This document shows, one piece after another, positions 37,801-46,209 of a stretch of DNA of 64,000 nt (positions within the stretch are counted from its first letter, which is position 1; the number at the start of each line of letters is the position of its first letter). Under the pieces are notes generated by a model that worked only from the letters and a program-made list of their open reading frames with translations, did no database searches and was not told the origin of the DNA. A program made the translations under genes and the position numbers. The stretch comes from Anaerolineae bacterium (GTDB lineage: Bacteria; Chloroflexota; Anaerolineae; CG2-30-64-16): NCBI GenBank assembly GCA_034434235.1, contig DAOTZV010000129.1, positions 24,284-88,283 on the forward strand, in the 5' to 3' direction.

Positions 37801-37948
37801 AGGGGCCGGCCAGGGCCTGGTCGGCCGTCAGTTGCTCTTTGGTGACGAAGCCGCTCAGCTCGACGGCGCCGAGCGGGCGGTAGAAGTGGTTCGTCAGCTC
37901 ATCGCGCCAGTTGGTGACGCGACGCAGCCACTCGGGATTGAGGGACAT
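34847..37948 (-). CDS. Alpha-mannosidase, glycoside hydrolase family 38
   Basis: 1033 aa; the N-terminal region and the GH38 catalytic block FAIGHSHIDVAWLWP are recognised. Confidence 0.85.
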   Translation of the reverse strand: MSLNPEWLRRVTNWRDELTNHFYRPLGAVELSGFVTKEQLTADQALAGPFAPMPVGTRWGAKWEYGWFKGEIVLPPSAAGQRIVLRANPGGESAVWINGRLAGAIDREHTEITLAMSGAPGARYELLIEAYAGHGLRTAGKGPVGYGRESVPEPPPTQTAVGETTFGIWNEEVYQLWLDVETLFQTRNLLDPDSLRVAEIDAGLKDFTLIADPELPPDEFLATVRRARARLKPLLECVNGSTAPTLFAIGHSHIDVAWLWPLQETERKMARTISTQLALMQEYPEFKFIQSQPHLYWMLRRRYPAKYEEVKAAVKAGKIIPEGGMWIEADTNISGGEALIRQFIHGKRFFKQEFGAENELLWLPDVFGYSGALPQIMAGCGIKYFATQKIFWTYNGGDPFPYNTFMWEGIDGTAVLAHIFNDYNSYTDPNALMQRWRQRVQKDGISTILLAFGHGDGGGGPTRNHLEFLRRTKDLEGLPRVKMASPIEFFKDLERRGLPRERYVGELYFQAHRGTYTSQARTKQNNRRAELALREAEMWGAAARALAGPGYAYPAADLEEAWRTVLLNQFHDILPGSSIHRVYEEAEASHAEAIAAARRAAGQAQAALVRPAEAVTVFNSLSWPRRALVRLPAGAQTAADRAGRPLPVQVEADAAWAEVTVPSCGWTTIWWPSVPPNFGGAGAAATSNALQATPRMLENECLRIEFNDLGEIVSLFDKEAQRELAAGPCNSFKMYKDVPGAWDAWDIDSMYTETPVELTEPATIVVEAAGPLEARLRVTRQLHHSTMTQVISLRRNSRRVDFATTVDWRESHKLLKVAFPVTVHANEAIHEIQFGHIRRPNHYSRPFDANRFEVCNHKWTALAEEARGCAVLNDSKYGVNVLGNSINLTLLKSALAPDMTADKGIQTFTYSFYAWNGPLAESDVVREAYELNVPATTAAGDGGERSLFSVDAPNIIIETVKPAEDGSADVVVRLYEAKHTATRAVLSTTLPVGRAALTDMLEAHVADLACDDGQIALDFRPFEIKTVRLTLSQ
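35905..35937. repeat. Palindromic G/C-run element (CCCCTGCCCCCCC-AAAGTT-GGGGGG) embedded in frame in the mannosidase gene
   Basis: Read directly; the translated insert is ...SVPPNFGGAGAAA...; same family as the three copies at 42596-42716. Confidence 0.6.
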
Positions 37949-38135
37949 GAAGTGACTCCTTGCTGTAACGACTGAATGCGGTACTGCGGTTCATATCTAC
38001 CATGCGGCAGAGATTTCGTCAAGAATGCCATCGTAACGATGCAAGGAGTAGCCCGGACATGGCGGCATGATGAGCGCCTATGTCGGTTTGGCTCTGCCCC
38101 TCGGACGTGCTATACTCTGACGGTTAGGGAGATGA

Positions 38136-39995
38136 ATGCCCGGCACCCCATTGGCCGATAAGGTATTTGATCGAATGTCTGTACCCCTGATTCTGACCCT
38201 GTTGATTTTGGTAGCGGCGATCGCTTTGTTGTTGACCGATCGGTTGCGCGCCGACCTGGTGGCCCTCTTGGTGGTAGTGGCGCTGGGCCTTACAGGAGTG
38301 CTTACCCCGCGCGAGGCATTTTCTGGCCTGGCCAGCTCGGCTGTGATCACGATTATCGCCATTTTCGTGCTCGCCGAAGCTTTGCGCGTGACCGGCGTTA
38401 GCGATCGTGTCGGTAGCCTGTTGTTACGGGTGGCCGGCATGGGCGAGGGCCGGCTGGTGGCAGTGATCATGTTGGCCGGCGCGACATTATCTCTGTTTAT
38501 GAACAACATCGCGGCCGCGGCCGTGTTGCTGCCGGCAATCTCCGGCATCGCGCGCAAGAGCAAGGTCAGCACCGGGCGCCTGCTGATGCCGCTGGCCTTC
38601 GCTACCATTCTCGGTGGCATGGCGACTTTGTTTACTACAACCAATATTGTGGTTAGCGGAATTCTCCGCACACAAGATCTGCCTGGCTTTGGCGTGTTGG
38701 ATTTCGCGCCGGTGGGCGTGCCGATCGTAGCGGCGGGGGTGCTTTACATGGCATTGTGGGGCCGTCGGCTGCTGCCGGGCCATTCCGGCATGGAGATTGA
38801 CCTGCCGACCGATCTCGCCGCCAACGGCCTGGCCGATGTTTATCGTTTGAGCGAACGGTTGTTTCGGGCGCGTCTGCCGGAGGGTTCCTGTCTGGTCGGT
38901 CTGCCGCTGGCGCGCAGTGGCCTGCGCGAAGCCCACCGGGCCAACGTGATCGCCATCGAGCGGAATGGCCGGCTGTGGACCGCGCCATCGGCCGATATGG
39001 TTCTGGCTGCCGGCGACATCCTGCTGCTGTTGGGCCGGGTGGATGAGGTGCGGGCCCGCGACCGGGAAGGGTGTCTGGAGATCCTGCCGCTTCAGCCAGA
39101 GCATCTGGACGGACTGACGGCAGGCGACCAGGTGCTGGTGGAGGCCGTGTTGGCCCCGCGCTCGGCTCTCCTCGGCCAGACGTTGCGAACGGCGCGCTTC
39201 CGCGAAAAGTACGGCATGGCTGTTTTGGGCATCTGGCGGGCGGGCCGACCGATCCGTACCGGCCTGGGCGACCTGCCGCTGGAATTCGGCGATGCGTTGT
39301 TGCTTCAGGGGCCGGCCGAACGGGTGGCCGTGTTGCGCAGCGAACCCGATCTGGTGATCCTGGATCGTCAGATCATGCGGCCTGTGAGCACCATGCGCCG
39401 CCAGGGTTGGCTGGCAGTGGCGATTCTGGCCGGCGCGTTAGTGGCGGCCTCTTTGAATACGGCGCTGGTAGGTGAGATCATGCTGGGCGCCGCGTTGCTC
39501 ACCGTCCTGTCCGGTATTTTGACAATGGATCAGGTCTACGGCGCCATCGAGTGGCGCACAGTGTTCCTGGTGGCCGGGACGCTGCCGCTCGGTCTTGCGT
39601 TGAGCAAGAGCGGCGCGGCGGTGTTATTGGCCAATCTGTTGATCGGCGCTCTGGTCCCTTATGGGCCGTTGGTCATCCTGGCCGGGCTATTTATCCTGAC
39701 GGTTTTGTTGACACAAGCCATAGCCGGGCCGGCGGTGGCGGGCATCATTGCGCCGATCGCTGTTCAGGCGGCCATCCAGACCGGCATGAATCCGCGGGCT
39801 CTGGGAATGGCTGTGGCGTTGGCTACTTCGATGGCTTTCATCACCCCCCTGGGACACCCGGTCAACATCCTCGTGATGGGGCCGGGAGGCTATCGCTTCC
39901 GGGATTATCTGCGCGTGGGCCTGCCCCTTACCTTGCTCCTCTTTGGCGTTGTCATGGTGTGCCTGCCGATCTTCTGGCCGTTGGCCGGCCGCTGA
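38136..39995 (+). CDS. SLC13/DASS-family permease with two central TrkA-C (RCK C-terminal) domains
   Basis: N- and C-terminal multi-TM halves flank two soluble ~80-aa modules (ARLPEGSCLVGLPLARSGLRE...; ...LLGQTLRTARFREKYGMAVLGIWR), the typical TrkA-C-containing DASS architecture. Confidence 0.75.
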   Translation: MPGTPLADKVFDRMSVPLILTLLILVAAIALLLTDRLRADLVALLVVVALGLTGVLTPREAFSGLASSAVITIIAIFVLAEALRVTGVSDRVGSLLLRVAGMGEGRLVAVIMLAGATLSLFMNNIAAAAVLLPAISGIARKSKVSTGRLLMPLAFATILGGMATLFTTTNIVVSGILRTQDLPGFGVLDFAPVGVPIVAAGVLYMALWGRRLLPGHSGMEIDLPTDLAANGLADVYRLSERLFRARLPEGSCLVGLPLARSGLREAHRANVIAIERNGRLWTAPSADMVLAAGDILLLLGRVDEVRARDREGCLEILPLQPEHLDGLTAGDQVLVEAVLAPRSALLGQTLRTARFREKYGMAVLGIWRAGRPIRTGLGDLPLEFGDALLLQGPAERVAVLRSEPDLVILDRQIMRPVSTMRRQGWLAVAILAGALVAASLNTALVGEIMLGAALLTVLSGILTMDQVYGAIEWRTVFLVAGTLPLGLALSKSGAAVLLANLLIGALVPYGPLVILAGLFILTVLLTQAIAGPAVAGIIAPIAVQAAIQTGMNPRALGMAVALATSMAFITPLGHPVNILVMGPGGYRFRDYLRVGLPLTLLLFGVVMVCLPIFWPLAGR

Positions 39996-40035
39996 GCGAT
40001 CTCCGCGCCGCCAGAGCCGACATCGCCGACGAAGT

Positions 40036-41094
40036 TCACACCTGGCCGATGGCCGGATCGTCCAGCCGCACGCGGCGCCCCTCGCGCGTCGAGACATAGG
40101 TGGCGAGCACCATGCGGAGCACGGCGCGGCCTTCTTCGGCGGTTGCAATGGGAGGCCGCCGGCCGGCGAAGAAGTCGGCCAGGGGACCGGCCAGGCCGGC
40201 GATGCGCGCGCTGTGGTTGGCGGGGCTGGGGATGGCGCTCGGCGTCCAGTCCTTCTTGTCGAGCGTGTACCACTTCTGCCCGACCGCGCCGGCCGGCCGG
40301 GGCACGTTGCAGCTCGGCACGTCGCCGTAGTTCTGGATCAGGGTGCCCTTCTCGCCGATCACCTCTACCGTGTTTTCGGCCGCCACGCAGGTGAAGGAGC
40401 AGACGACCTCGGCCAACATGCCGTCGGCGTAGCGGTAGATGGCGACGCCGTTGTCGTTGGGCGCCCGCGGATTCAAGAGCGAGGCGATCTCGGCCGTCAC
40501 GGTCTCCGGCTCGCCCAGCAGCCAGTAGATGAAGTCCACCGGGTGCGCGGCGTCGTCGGCCCAGATGTCGCGGTTGAGCTGCGGGTCGAAGTGCCACATG
40601 CCGGCGACATCCCAGAGCTGGGTGGGCAATCCGTGCCGTCGGCGCACCATGAAGATCTTGCCGAGCGCGCCGCTCTCGATGATCTGCTTGATCTCGATGT
40701 TTTGTGGGTCCACGCGCATCTGCCAGGCCATGGTGAAGGGCACGCGATGCCGCTCGACCGCGGCGACGATGCGGTCGGCCTGGGCCATGGTGAGCGCGAT
40801 CGGCTTTTGCAGCGCGATCATCTTGCCCGCGGCGGCCGCCTTCTCGACCACATCGGCATGCATGGAGGTTTCGACGCCGATGACGACCGCCGGCATGTCG
40901 GGCCGGGCCAGGAACGCGTCCAGGTCGGCGTAGCCGGCGACGCCGAACTGGTCGCAGTTCTTCTGCAGCCGGGCTGCGTCGTGATCCCACCCCGCGACCA
41001 GGTTGATCTCCAGGCCGGGGTTCTGTTTCCACTGATGGCAATACATCCCGACATGCCCGTGGGCGAAGCCGAGGACGCCGAGGTTGATGGTCAT
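40036..41094 (-). CDS. Gfo/Idh/MocA-family NAD(P)-dependent oxidoreductase
   Basis: N-terminal Rossmann fold MTINLGVLGFAHGHVGMY..., about 350 aa; start at the ATG after GGAG. The track ORF extends upstream through the heptamer array in an out-of-context frame. Confidence 0.8.
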   Translation of the reverse strand: MTINLGVLGFAHGHVGMYCHQWKQNPGLEINLVAGWDHDAARLQKNCDQFGVAGYADLDAFLARPDMPAVVIGVETSMHADVVEKAAAAGKMIALQKPIALTMAQADRIVAAVERHRVPFTMAWQMRVDPQNIEIKQIIESGALGKIFMVRRRHGLPTQLWDVAGMWHFDPQLNRDIWADDAAHPVDFIYWLLGEPETVTAEIASLLNPRAPNDNGVAIYRYADGMLAEVVCSFTCVAAENTVEVIGEKGTLIQNYGDVPSCNVPRPAGAVGQKWYTLDKKDWTPSAIPSPANHSARIAGLAGPLADFFAGRRPPIATAEEGRAVLRMVLATYVSTREGRRVRLDDPAIGQV

Positions 41095-41106
41095 GGTGGA
41101 TGCTCC

Positions 41107-41160
41107 GTGAAACGTAAAACGTAAAACGTAAAACGTAAAACGTGAAGCGTGAAATGTGAG
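41107..41160. repeat. Tandem heptamer array (R)AAACGT x7 (mRNA-sense ACGTTTY) filling the intergenic 5' leader of the Gfo/Idh/MocA gene
   Basis: Read directly: GAAACGT AAAACGT AAAACGT AAAACGT AAAACGT GAAGCGT GAAATGT; it ends 13 nt before the start codon. Confidence 0.7.
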
Positions 41161-41168
41161 CAGTTTGG

Positions 41169-43175
41169 TTACTGGATCTCGACCTCCCCACACCGGATCT
41201 GGCCCGGCGCGCCGGGCGCTTCGAGGATGAGCCGATAGGTTCCGCGCGGGGTCACGGGGTTCAGGTTGACGTCGTGATGGCTGCGCACGATCTCGCCGGC
41301 CACCCAGCGGTCGGCCGGCCAGAGGCCGAACGCGTCGTTCGGCCGGGCCATGCTCTCGCCCCACACCTGGCCCTGCGCGTCCACCAGCCGGAAGCGCGGG
41401 CGGAGCTCGCCGGCGGCCGGCCGGTCGCCGGGCCGCCAGTAGCTCGTTACGTGGATCCATGCGCTCGGCGGATGGAACAGGTCGTCGCGCGGGCGCAAGG
41501 CGGCCGGATCATACAGACAGGCCAACGGCTGCACGCCGTCCAGGGCCGGCCAATCGCTGCGAGACGGCACGTTCGACGGCAGGTCGGCCAGCCGATAGCG
41601 CTGGTCGTAGACGTGGATGGCGATCCCCGGCGGGAATACCTCGGTGATCAGCGGATAGCGCGCGGCGAACCAGCCCAACACCACGTTGTTCGGGTCCAGC
41701 TCCTGATGGTGCGACTGTACCACCCACACCGCGTCGAAGGGGGCCAGCCCCGCCAGCGGCCCCTCCACCTGGTCCGCATCGCGGATCCGGTCGGTGAACG
41801 GGACGAAGATGTCCTGCGGGCCGCGGAAGTAGCGCCGGAACGCGATCTGGACGTAGTCGGGCTGGATCAGGATGGCGTCATGGGGGCCGGCGTGCGCCTG
41901 CACGAACGCCGCGGCCTCGCGCCATGCCTCGCGGCGATTCTGCGGCGCCCAATCGTAGGGCAGCGCGGCCGCCGTCGTCGCGAAGATCAGGCCGGCCGCC
42001 GCCAACCCGACCGGCCGGCGCCAGGCCCACAGCCGGTCGAGCGCCCGGCCCAGCGCCACGCAGAGCGCCGGCGCCAGGGCGATCTGGTAGCGCGTTTCGG
42101 CGAAGGTGCGGCTGTCGCGGCTCAGCAGGGCGCCGCCGATCAGGATCACGACGAGCGGCCAGATGAGGATGTAGAGTCCGCCACTTCGCCGGTTGCCGCG
42201 ATCGGCCGGCAGGAAGCAGCCGAGGAGGGCCAGCGCTCCCATCCCCGCGGCCAGGATCGTCGTCAGGCGGGCGTCCCATGCGGGCCAGCCGAGCGTGTAG
42301 GCCCTCAGCATCGTCGCGAGGGGCGCCCACATTCCCTCGAACGGCCGACCCGGTACGGCCTCGGCACCGCTCACCCGCCACGCCGACCAGGCCAGCGGCA
42401 GGAAGAGCACTGCGGCGATGCCCAGGCCCAGGACGCCCAGCCAGAAATCGCGATCCGCGTCCCGTTCGCCCCGCCGCGTCCAGCGCGCCATCAGCAGCCA
42501 GAGCCCGGCCACCGGCAGCAGGAAGGCACTGTAGAGATAGCTGTAGAGCGCGGCCGCGAAGCCGCCGCTGAGCAACAGCAGGGCGAGCGAGGACGGCCCC
42601 CCCCTCCCCCCAACTTTGGGGGGCGCCCCCCCTTCCCCCCAATCTTGGGGGGCCAGGGGGGCGGCCCCCCCCTCCCCCCCAATGTTGGGGGGCCAGGGGC
42701 GCGGGGGCGTGCGCCATGCGCCATGCGCCGCCCGCAGGAGGCCGTAAAGCCCCACCAGCGCGAAGGCCGTCGCCGGCATGAACATGCGCGCTTCCTGGCT
42801 ATACCACACCAGGAACGGGTTGATCGCCAGCAGGAGCGCGGCGAACGCGGCCCCGCGTGGCCCGCTCAGCCGCCGGCCGATTCCGTAGAGCGGCAACACG
42901 GCCAGCGCGCCGATCAGCGCGCCGAGGGAACGCACGGCCAGATCGCTCCCGCCGACCAGCGCCGTCCAGCCGTGCAGCAGGAGGTAATAGAGCGGCGGGT
43001 GCTTGTCCTGGACGAGCGCCATGCCCACGCGCCAGATCTCGCCGGCCGGCCGACCGGCCCAGTACGTACTGACGACCTCGTCGAACCACAGGCTATGGTA
43101 CGTGAGATGGTAGAAGCGCACGCCGAGCGCCAGGACCAGGATCCAGCTCAGCGGATGGCACAGTAATCGCCTCAT
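41169..43175 (-). CDS. Membrane glycosyltransferase, family 39 / PMT-ArnT-like (dolichyl-phosphate-mannose-protein mannosyltransferase superfamily)
   Basis: N-terminal multi-TM region with the family-typical WFDEVVSTYWAG...DKHPPLYYLL, and a large C-terminal soluble domain. It contains a low-complexity Pro/Gly insertion encoded by the repeat at 42596-42716. Confidence 0.7.
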   Translation of the reverse strand: MRRLLCHPLSWILVLALGVRFYHLTYHSLWFDEVVSTYWAGRPAGEIWRVGMALVQDKHPPLYYLLLHGWTALVGGSDLAVRSLGALIGALAVLPLYGIGRRLSGPRGAAFAALLLAINPFLVWYSQEARMFMPATAFALVGLYGLLRAAHGAWRTPPRPWPPNIGGEGGAAPLAPQDWGEGGAPPKVGGRGGPSSLALLLLSGGFAAALYSYLYSAFLLPVAGLWLLMARWTRRGERDADRDFWLGVLGLGIAAVLFLPLAWSAWRVSGAEAVPGRPFEGMWAPLATMLRAYTLGWPAWDARLTTILAAGMGALALLGCFLPADRGNRRSGGLYILIWPLVVILIGGALLSRDSRTFAETRYQIALAPALCVALGRALDRLWAWRRPVGLAAAGLIFATTAAALPYDWAPQNRREAWREAAAFVQAHAGPHDAILIQPDYVQIAFRRYFRGPQDIFVPFTDRIRDADQVEGPLAGLAPFDAVWVVQSHHQELDPNNVVLGWFAARYPLITEVFPPGIAIHVYDQRYRLADLPSNVPSRSDWPALDGVQPLACLYDPAALRPRDDLFHPPSAWIHVTSYWRPGDRPAAGELRPRFRLVDAQGQVWGESMARPNDAFGLWPADRWVAGEIVRSHHDVNLNPVTPRGTYRLILEAPGAPGQIRCGEVEIQ
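42596..42716. repeat. Three tandem copies of a palindromic G/C-run element (C7-8 T C6-7 / AAYNTT / G6) inside the GT39 coding sequence
   Basis: Read directly: CCCCCCCCTCCCCCC-AACTTT-GGGGGG, CCCCCCCTTCCCCCC-AATCTT-GGGGGG, CCCCCCCCTCCCCCCC-AATGTT-GGGGGG. Translated on the gene strand as ...PPNIGGEGGAAPLAPQDWGEGGAPPKVGGRGG.... Confidence 0.7.
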
Positions 43176-45204
43176 TGCACGATCACCTTGCCCAACAGGA
43201 TGGCGTCTTCTCCGCGCGGCCGTTGGCTGATGGCGCGCGCATTGCCGGCCGTCGGGTCATAGAGGCCGACCTCGATCTCGTATTCGCCGGCCGGCATGTC
43301 GGCCGGGAGCCGGATCTGATGCTCGTCCAGGACCAGATCGCCGGCCCGCCAGCTCGTGGTAGCCGCGCTGCCCTGGCCGGGGCGACTGTCGTGGCCGGCC
43401 CACACGATGCTCCCATCTTCCCGTGGCGGGCCGAGCACGTGCGTGAAGACGGTCCAGTCGGTCGTCGGGGTCTCGGCGGCCCGCCACCACAGTTGCAGGT
43501 AGATGATCTCGCCGGGGTGATAGATCGGCTCGTTCAGGTCGTAGCCCCATAGTGCGATGCCCGGCCAGCGGGTGCGGGTCACTGCAGTGGGCCACCGGCT
43601 GAGCGGAGCGCCGGCCGGTACCCGAAATGCCCGCGCGTAGACCCTGCCGCTGCGATCCAGAAAGACCTTGATCTCCTGCGCGTCCCTGTAGAGCTGCTGC
43701 AACAGGCCGCTGCCGCGGAAATCTTCGTGCTCGATCACGATGTAAGTCGCCTCCTGTGTCGCCTGTCCGAGCGCCACCTGGGTGATCCAGGCCGAACGGC
43801 CATCGAAGTGGCGCACGGTCGGCCCGTTGCGCCAGGCGAAGGCCAGGGTGGCATCGCTGGCCGGCCGCGGACTGATGTAGATGGCTTCGTCGGCCGACAG
43901 CGTCTGCACGTATTGCCCGATCTGCCACAATCCCTCATCGTAGGCGTAGAACAGATCGAGGCTGCGCCCCCAGACGACGAAATAGTCGCGGATGTTCCAG
44001 GCGGCGCTGCCCACCAGCAGGAGCGCCGCGATGGCCGGGCCGGCGATCGGCCGCAGCCGCCGGTCGGGCGCATAGCCGGGAGCCGCTCCGTCCTGAACTG
44101 CGCAATGGTGGCCAGGCCCAGGCCGCTCCACAGCGCGATCACCGGCGTGATGCCGAGCGCCCGCCGGAAGTGGGGCGCGTACTCGCTGAGCATGGTCGTC
44201 AACAGCATCGTGCCCGCGGCCAGGAAGAGCACGCCGGACCCCGGCTGTCTCCACCGTCGCAGCGCCGCCAGCAGCCCCAGGTAAAACGGGATGGCAATCA
44301 GGGCGTCGAGCGCCGGCCGGCCGGGGATGTTGCTGCGCGGATCGGCGTCTCCCGCCACGCTGAACATGCCCAGGGCCTTAAGCAGGTTGCCGGCGAGCAC
44401 ACCGACCGTCTCCTGCAGCGGTTGGCCGGGCCGGATGACGATCACCTGACCGCTGCGAAGGGTCGCCAGTTCCGGGTGTTGCAGGAAGAAGACGGCCAGC
44501 GGCGCGGCCAAAGCCGCCGCCAGCAGCGCGGCCAGGATCAGGCCGCGACCGCGACCGGCCAGTCGCTGCGGCGCGACGAGCCGCAAATAGACCAGGATGC
44601 CGCCCATCATGGGCCAAAGCAGCCAGGCGGCCGGATAGGTGTAAACGCTCAAGCCCAACGCCGCGGCCAACCCCACCCAGGCGACCGGCCGATCGGTACG
44701 CAACCCCGCCAACAGCGTCCACAGGATCACCGTCAGGAACAGCGGCACCAGGATCGGCTCGATTGCCACCCGGCTGAAGGTGATGTGCCAGCGCAGGACG
44801 GCCAACACGGTCGCGGCCAGCAACGGCAACTGTCGCGGCAAGCGTTCATCCGCCCGCACCATCTCCCGGCCGAGCGCATAGACCGCCGGCACCGTCAAGG
44901 TGCCGATCAGCGCGGTCACCGCGCGACTGACGGCCGGCCCGGCCGGGAACAGCCGAAACGCGCAGCTCTCCAGATAGATGAGCATGGCCGGCAGGCCGAA
45001 ATCGCCCGGAAAGAAGACCGGATGGTAATCGGGCCGGGTGATCACCCGCCAGGCTTCGAGCGCCTCCAACGCTTCATCGTAGTGGAAGCCGGGCGGAATC
45101 TGTTCCAGGTTTACCAGGCGCAGCGCTGCCGCCCACAACGTGACCAGGACCAGGCCGGGCCAGGGCGACCGACGCCAGGCGACAATGAACGAATGGACGG
45201 ACAT
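43172..45204 (-). pseudogene. Frameshifted GT39/PMT-like membrane glycosyltransferase, tandem paralog of 41169-43175
   Basis: Track ORF 43735-45204 carries the TM N-terminal half and ORF 43172-44254 the C-terminal domain in a +1 frame; homology to the neighbour is continuous across about 44050-44090, implying a frameshift or sequencing error. The C-termini are alike (...GEYEIEVGLYD... versus ...GTYRLILEAPG...). Confidence 0.55.
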
Positions 45205-45263
45205 GAGCGACCCTCTCGTGCATTGATCTCAGCTCAGCAGGCCGACATCTCCGGTCATGGCCG

Positions 45264-45309
45264 CGTTTTATGTGCCAGGCAACCTCCAAGGTGCCTGGCA
45301 CATAAAACG
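45264..45309. repeat. Palindromic element family A (CGTTTTATGTGCCAGGCA-loop-TGCCTGGCACATAAAACG)
   Basis: 18-bp perfect stem; same core as 23455-23505. Confidence 0.6.
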
Positions 45310-45369
45310 AGCTGTTTTCAAGGTAGTATAGGCGCTGTTTCTGAGAAATGTCTGAGAAGCGTCGCGTGT

Positions 45370-45624
45370 TCAGGCTTCGAACTCCTGTTCGTTGGGGTGG
45401 AGCGCCCACTTCAGGTTGACCCGCGCGCCGGCCGGCTTCGGCACAGGGCCGGCCAACAGCGGATCGGCGGTGGCGCGCATCCAGCGTTCCAGGCGCTCCG
45501 CCAGCTCAGTACGGACCGGCGCGCCCTCCCGCGCCAGCGCCATCAGGTTCGGCGTCGGGACGGCGTGGCCGTAGGGCTGGATGAAACGGCCGGTGTCGTG
45601 GGTGTGGATGTAGAGGATGTTCAT
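45370..45624 (-). pseudogene. Remnant of a sulfatase-like (alkaline-phosphatase superfamily) gene: N-terminal ~35 aa fused to C-terminal ~45 aa
   Basis: MNILYIHTHDTGRFIQPYGHAVPTPNLMALAREG resembles a sulfatase N-terminus, but the ORF is only 84 aa; suggests an internal deletion. Confidence 0.4.
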
Positions 45625-45872
45625 TCTTCTGGAGCGGACACCGCCTGACTGTGGGCATAGAGAAACTCCGGATCAAGGTCCAGGCCGTTCTTCCACGCCA
45701 CGGTGTCAAACGAGATGCCGATCTGCTTGAAGACATTGATGTCTCTGAGTTCGGCGAATCGTCCAAGACCCAGGTAGGGCTTGAGGTCGAAGAGACGATA
45801 TTCGTTGTTGTCGAACTTCAGAATCAGTCGGTAGTCATCTATGGCTCGAACTTCGGTAACTCCCCTGTACAT
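45621..45872 (-). CDS. DUF2442 domain protein
   Basis: Small protein with ...FDLKPYL...WKNGLDLDPEFLY typical of DUF2442; lower-GC region; forms a pair with DUF4160. Confidence 0.6.
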   Translation of the reverse strand: MYRGVTEVRAIDDYRLILKFDNNEYRLFDLKPYLGLGRFAELRDINVFKQIGISFDTVAWKNGLDLDPEFLYAHSQAVSAPEE

Positions 45873-45887
45873 GGCTAAGGCTCCTTG

Positions 45888-46175
45888 TCATTCCAAAGGT
45901 GCGATCTTATACGGCGTCTCACCGTTCATAACCAGTATCCAGTTAGCTCGCAACTCATCGGCGTGCAATTCGGCCCAAGCCTGCACAAGGCGTAATTGCT
46001 TTCTGGGCAAACTGCCTTCCAGAATCTCCAAGGTGTCCATTGCAACCGTGGCCTTATATTCATTGTAGTAGGCATGAAAGTGCGGAGGATTATGCTCACC
46101 AGGAGCATAATACATGCGAATAATGATGCCATAGAACATCGAGATGGTTGGCATGGCATCCTCCGGAGCAAACAC
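45888..46175 (-). CDS. DUF4160 domain protein
   Basis: PTISMFYGIIIRMYYAPGEHNPPHFHAYY is the conserved DUF4160 N-terminus. Confidence 0.65.
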   Translation of the reverse strand: MFAPEDAMPTISMFYGIIIRMYYAPGEHNPPHFHAYYNEYKATVAMDTLEILEGSLPRKQLRLVQAWAELHADELRANWILVMNGETPYKIAPLE

Positions 46176-46209
46176 CGGACCGCCGGCTTGAACAATCGGA
46201 CCCGTGCTT

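Noticed and set aside
34937-37975. 1012-aa plus-strand ORF antisense to the GH38 mannosidase
   Set aside because: No recognisable motifs; the minus-strand frame carries the GH38 catalytic block.
41274-43166. 630-aa plus-strand ORF antisense to the GT39 gene
   Set aside because: Low-complexity Arg/Gly/Pro translation; the sense strand has PMT-family TM helices and motifs.
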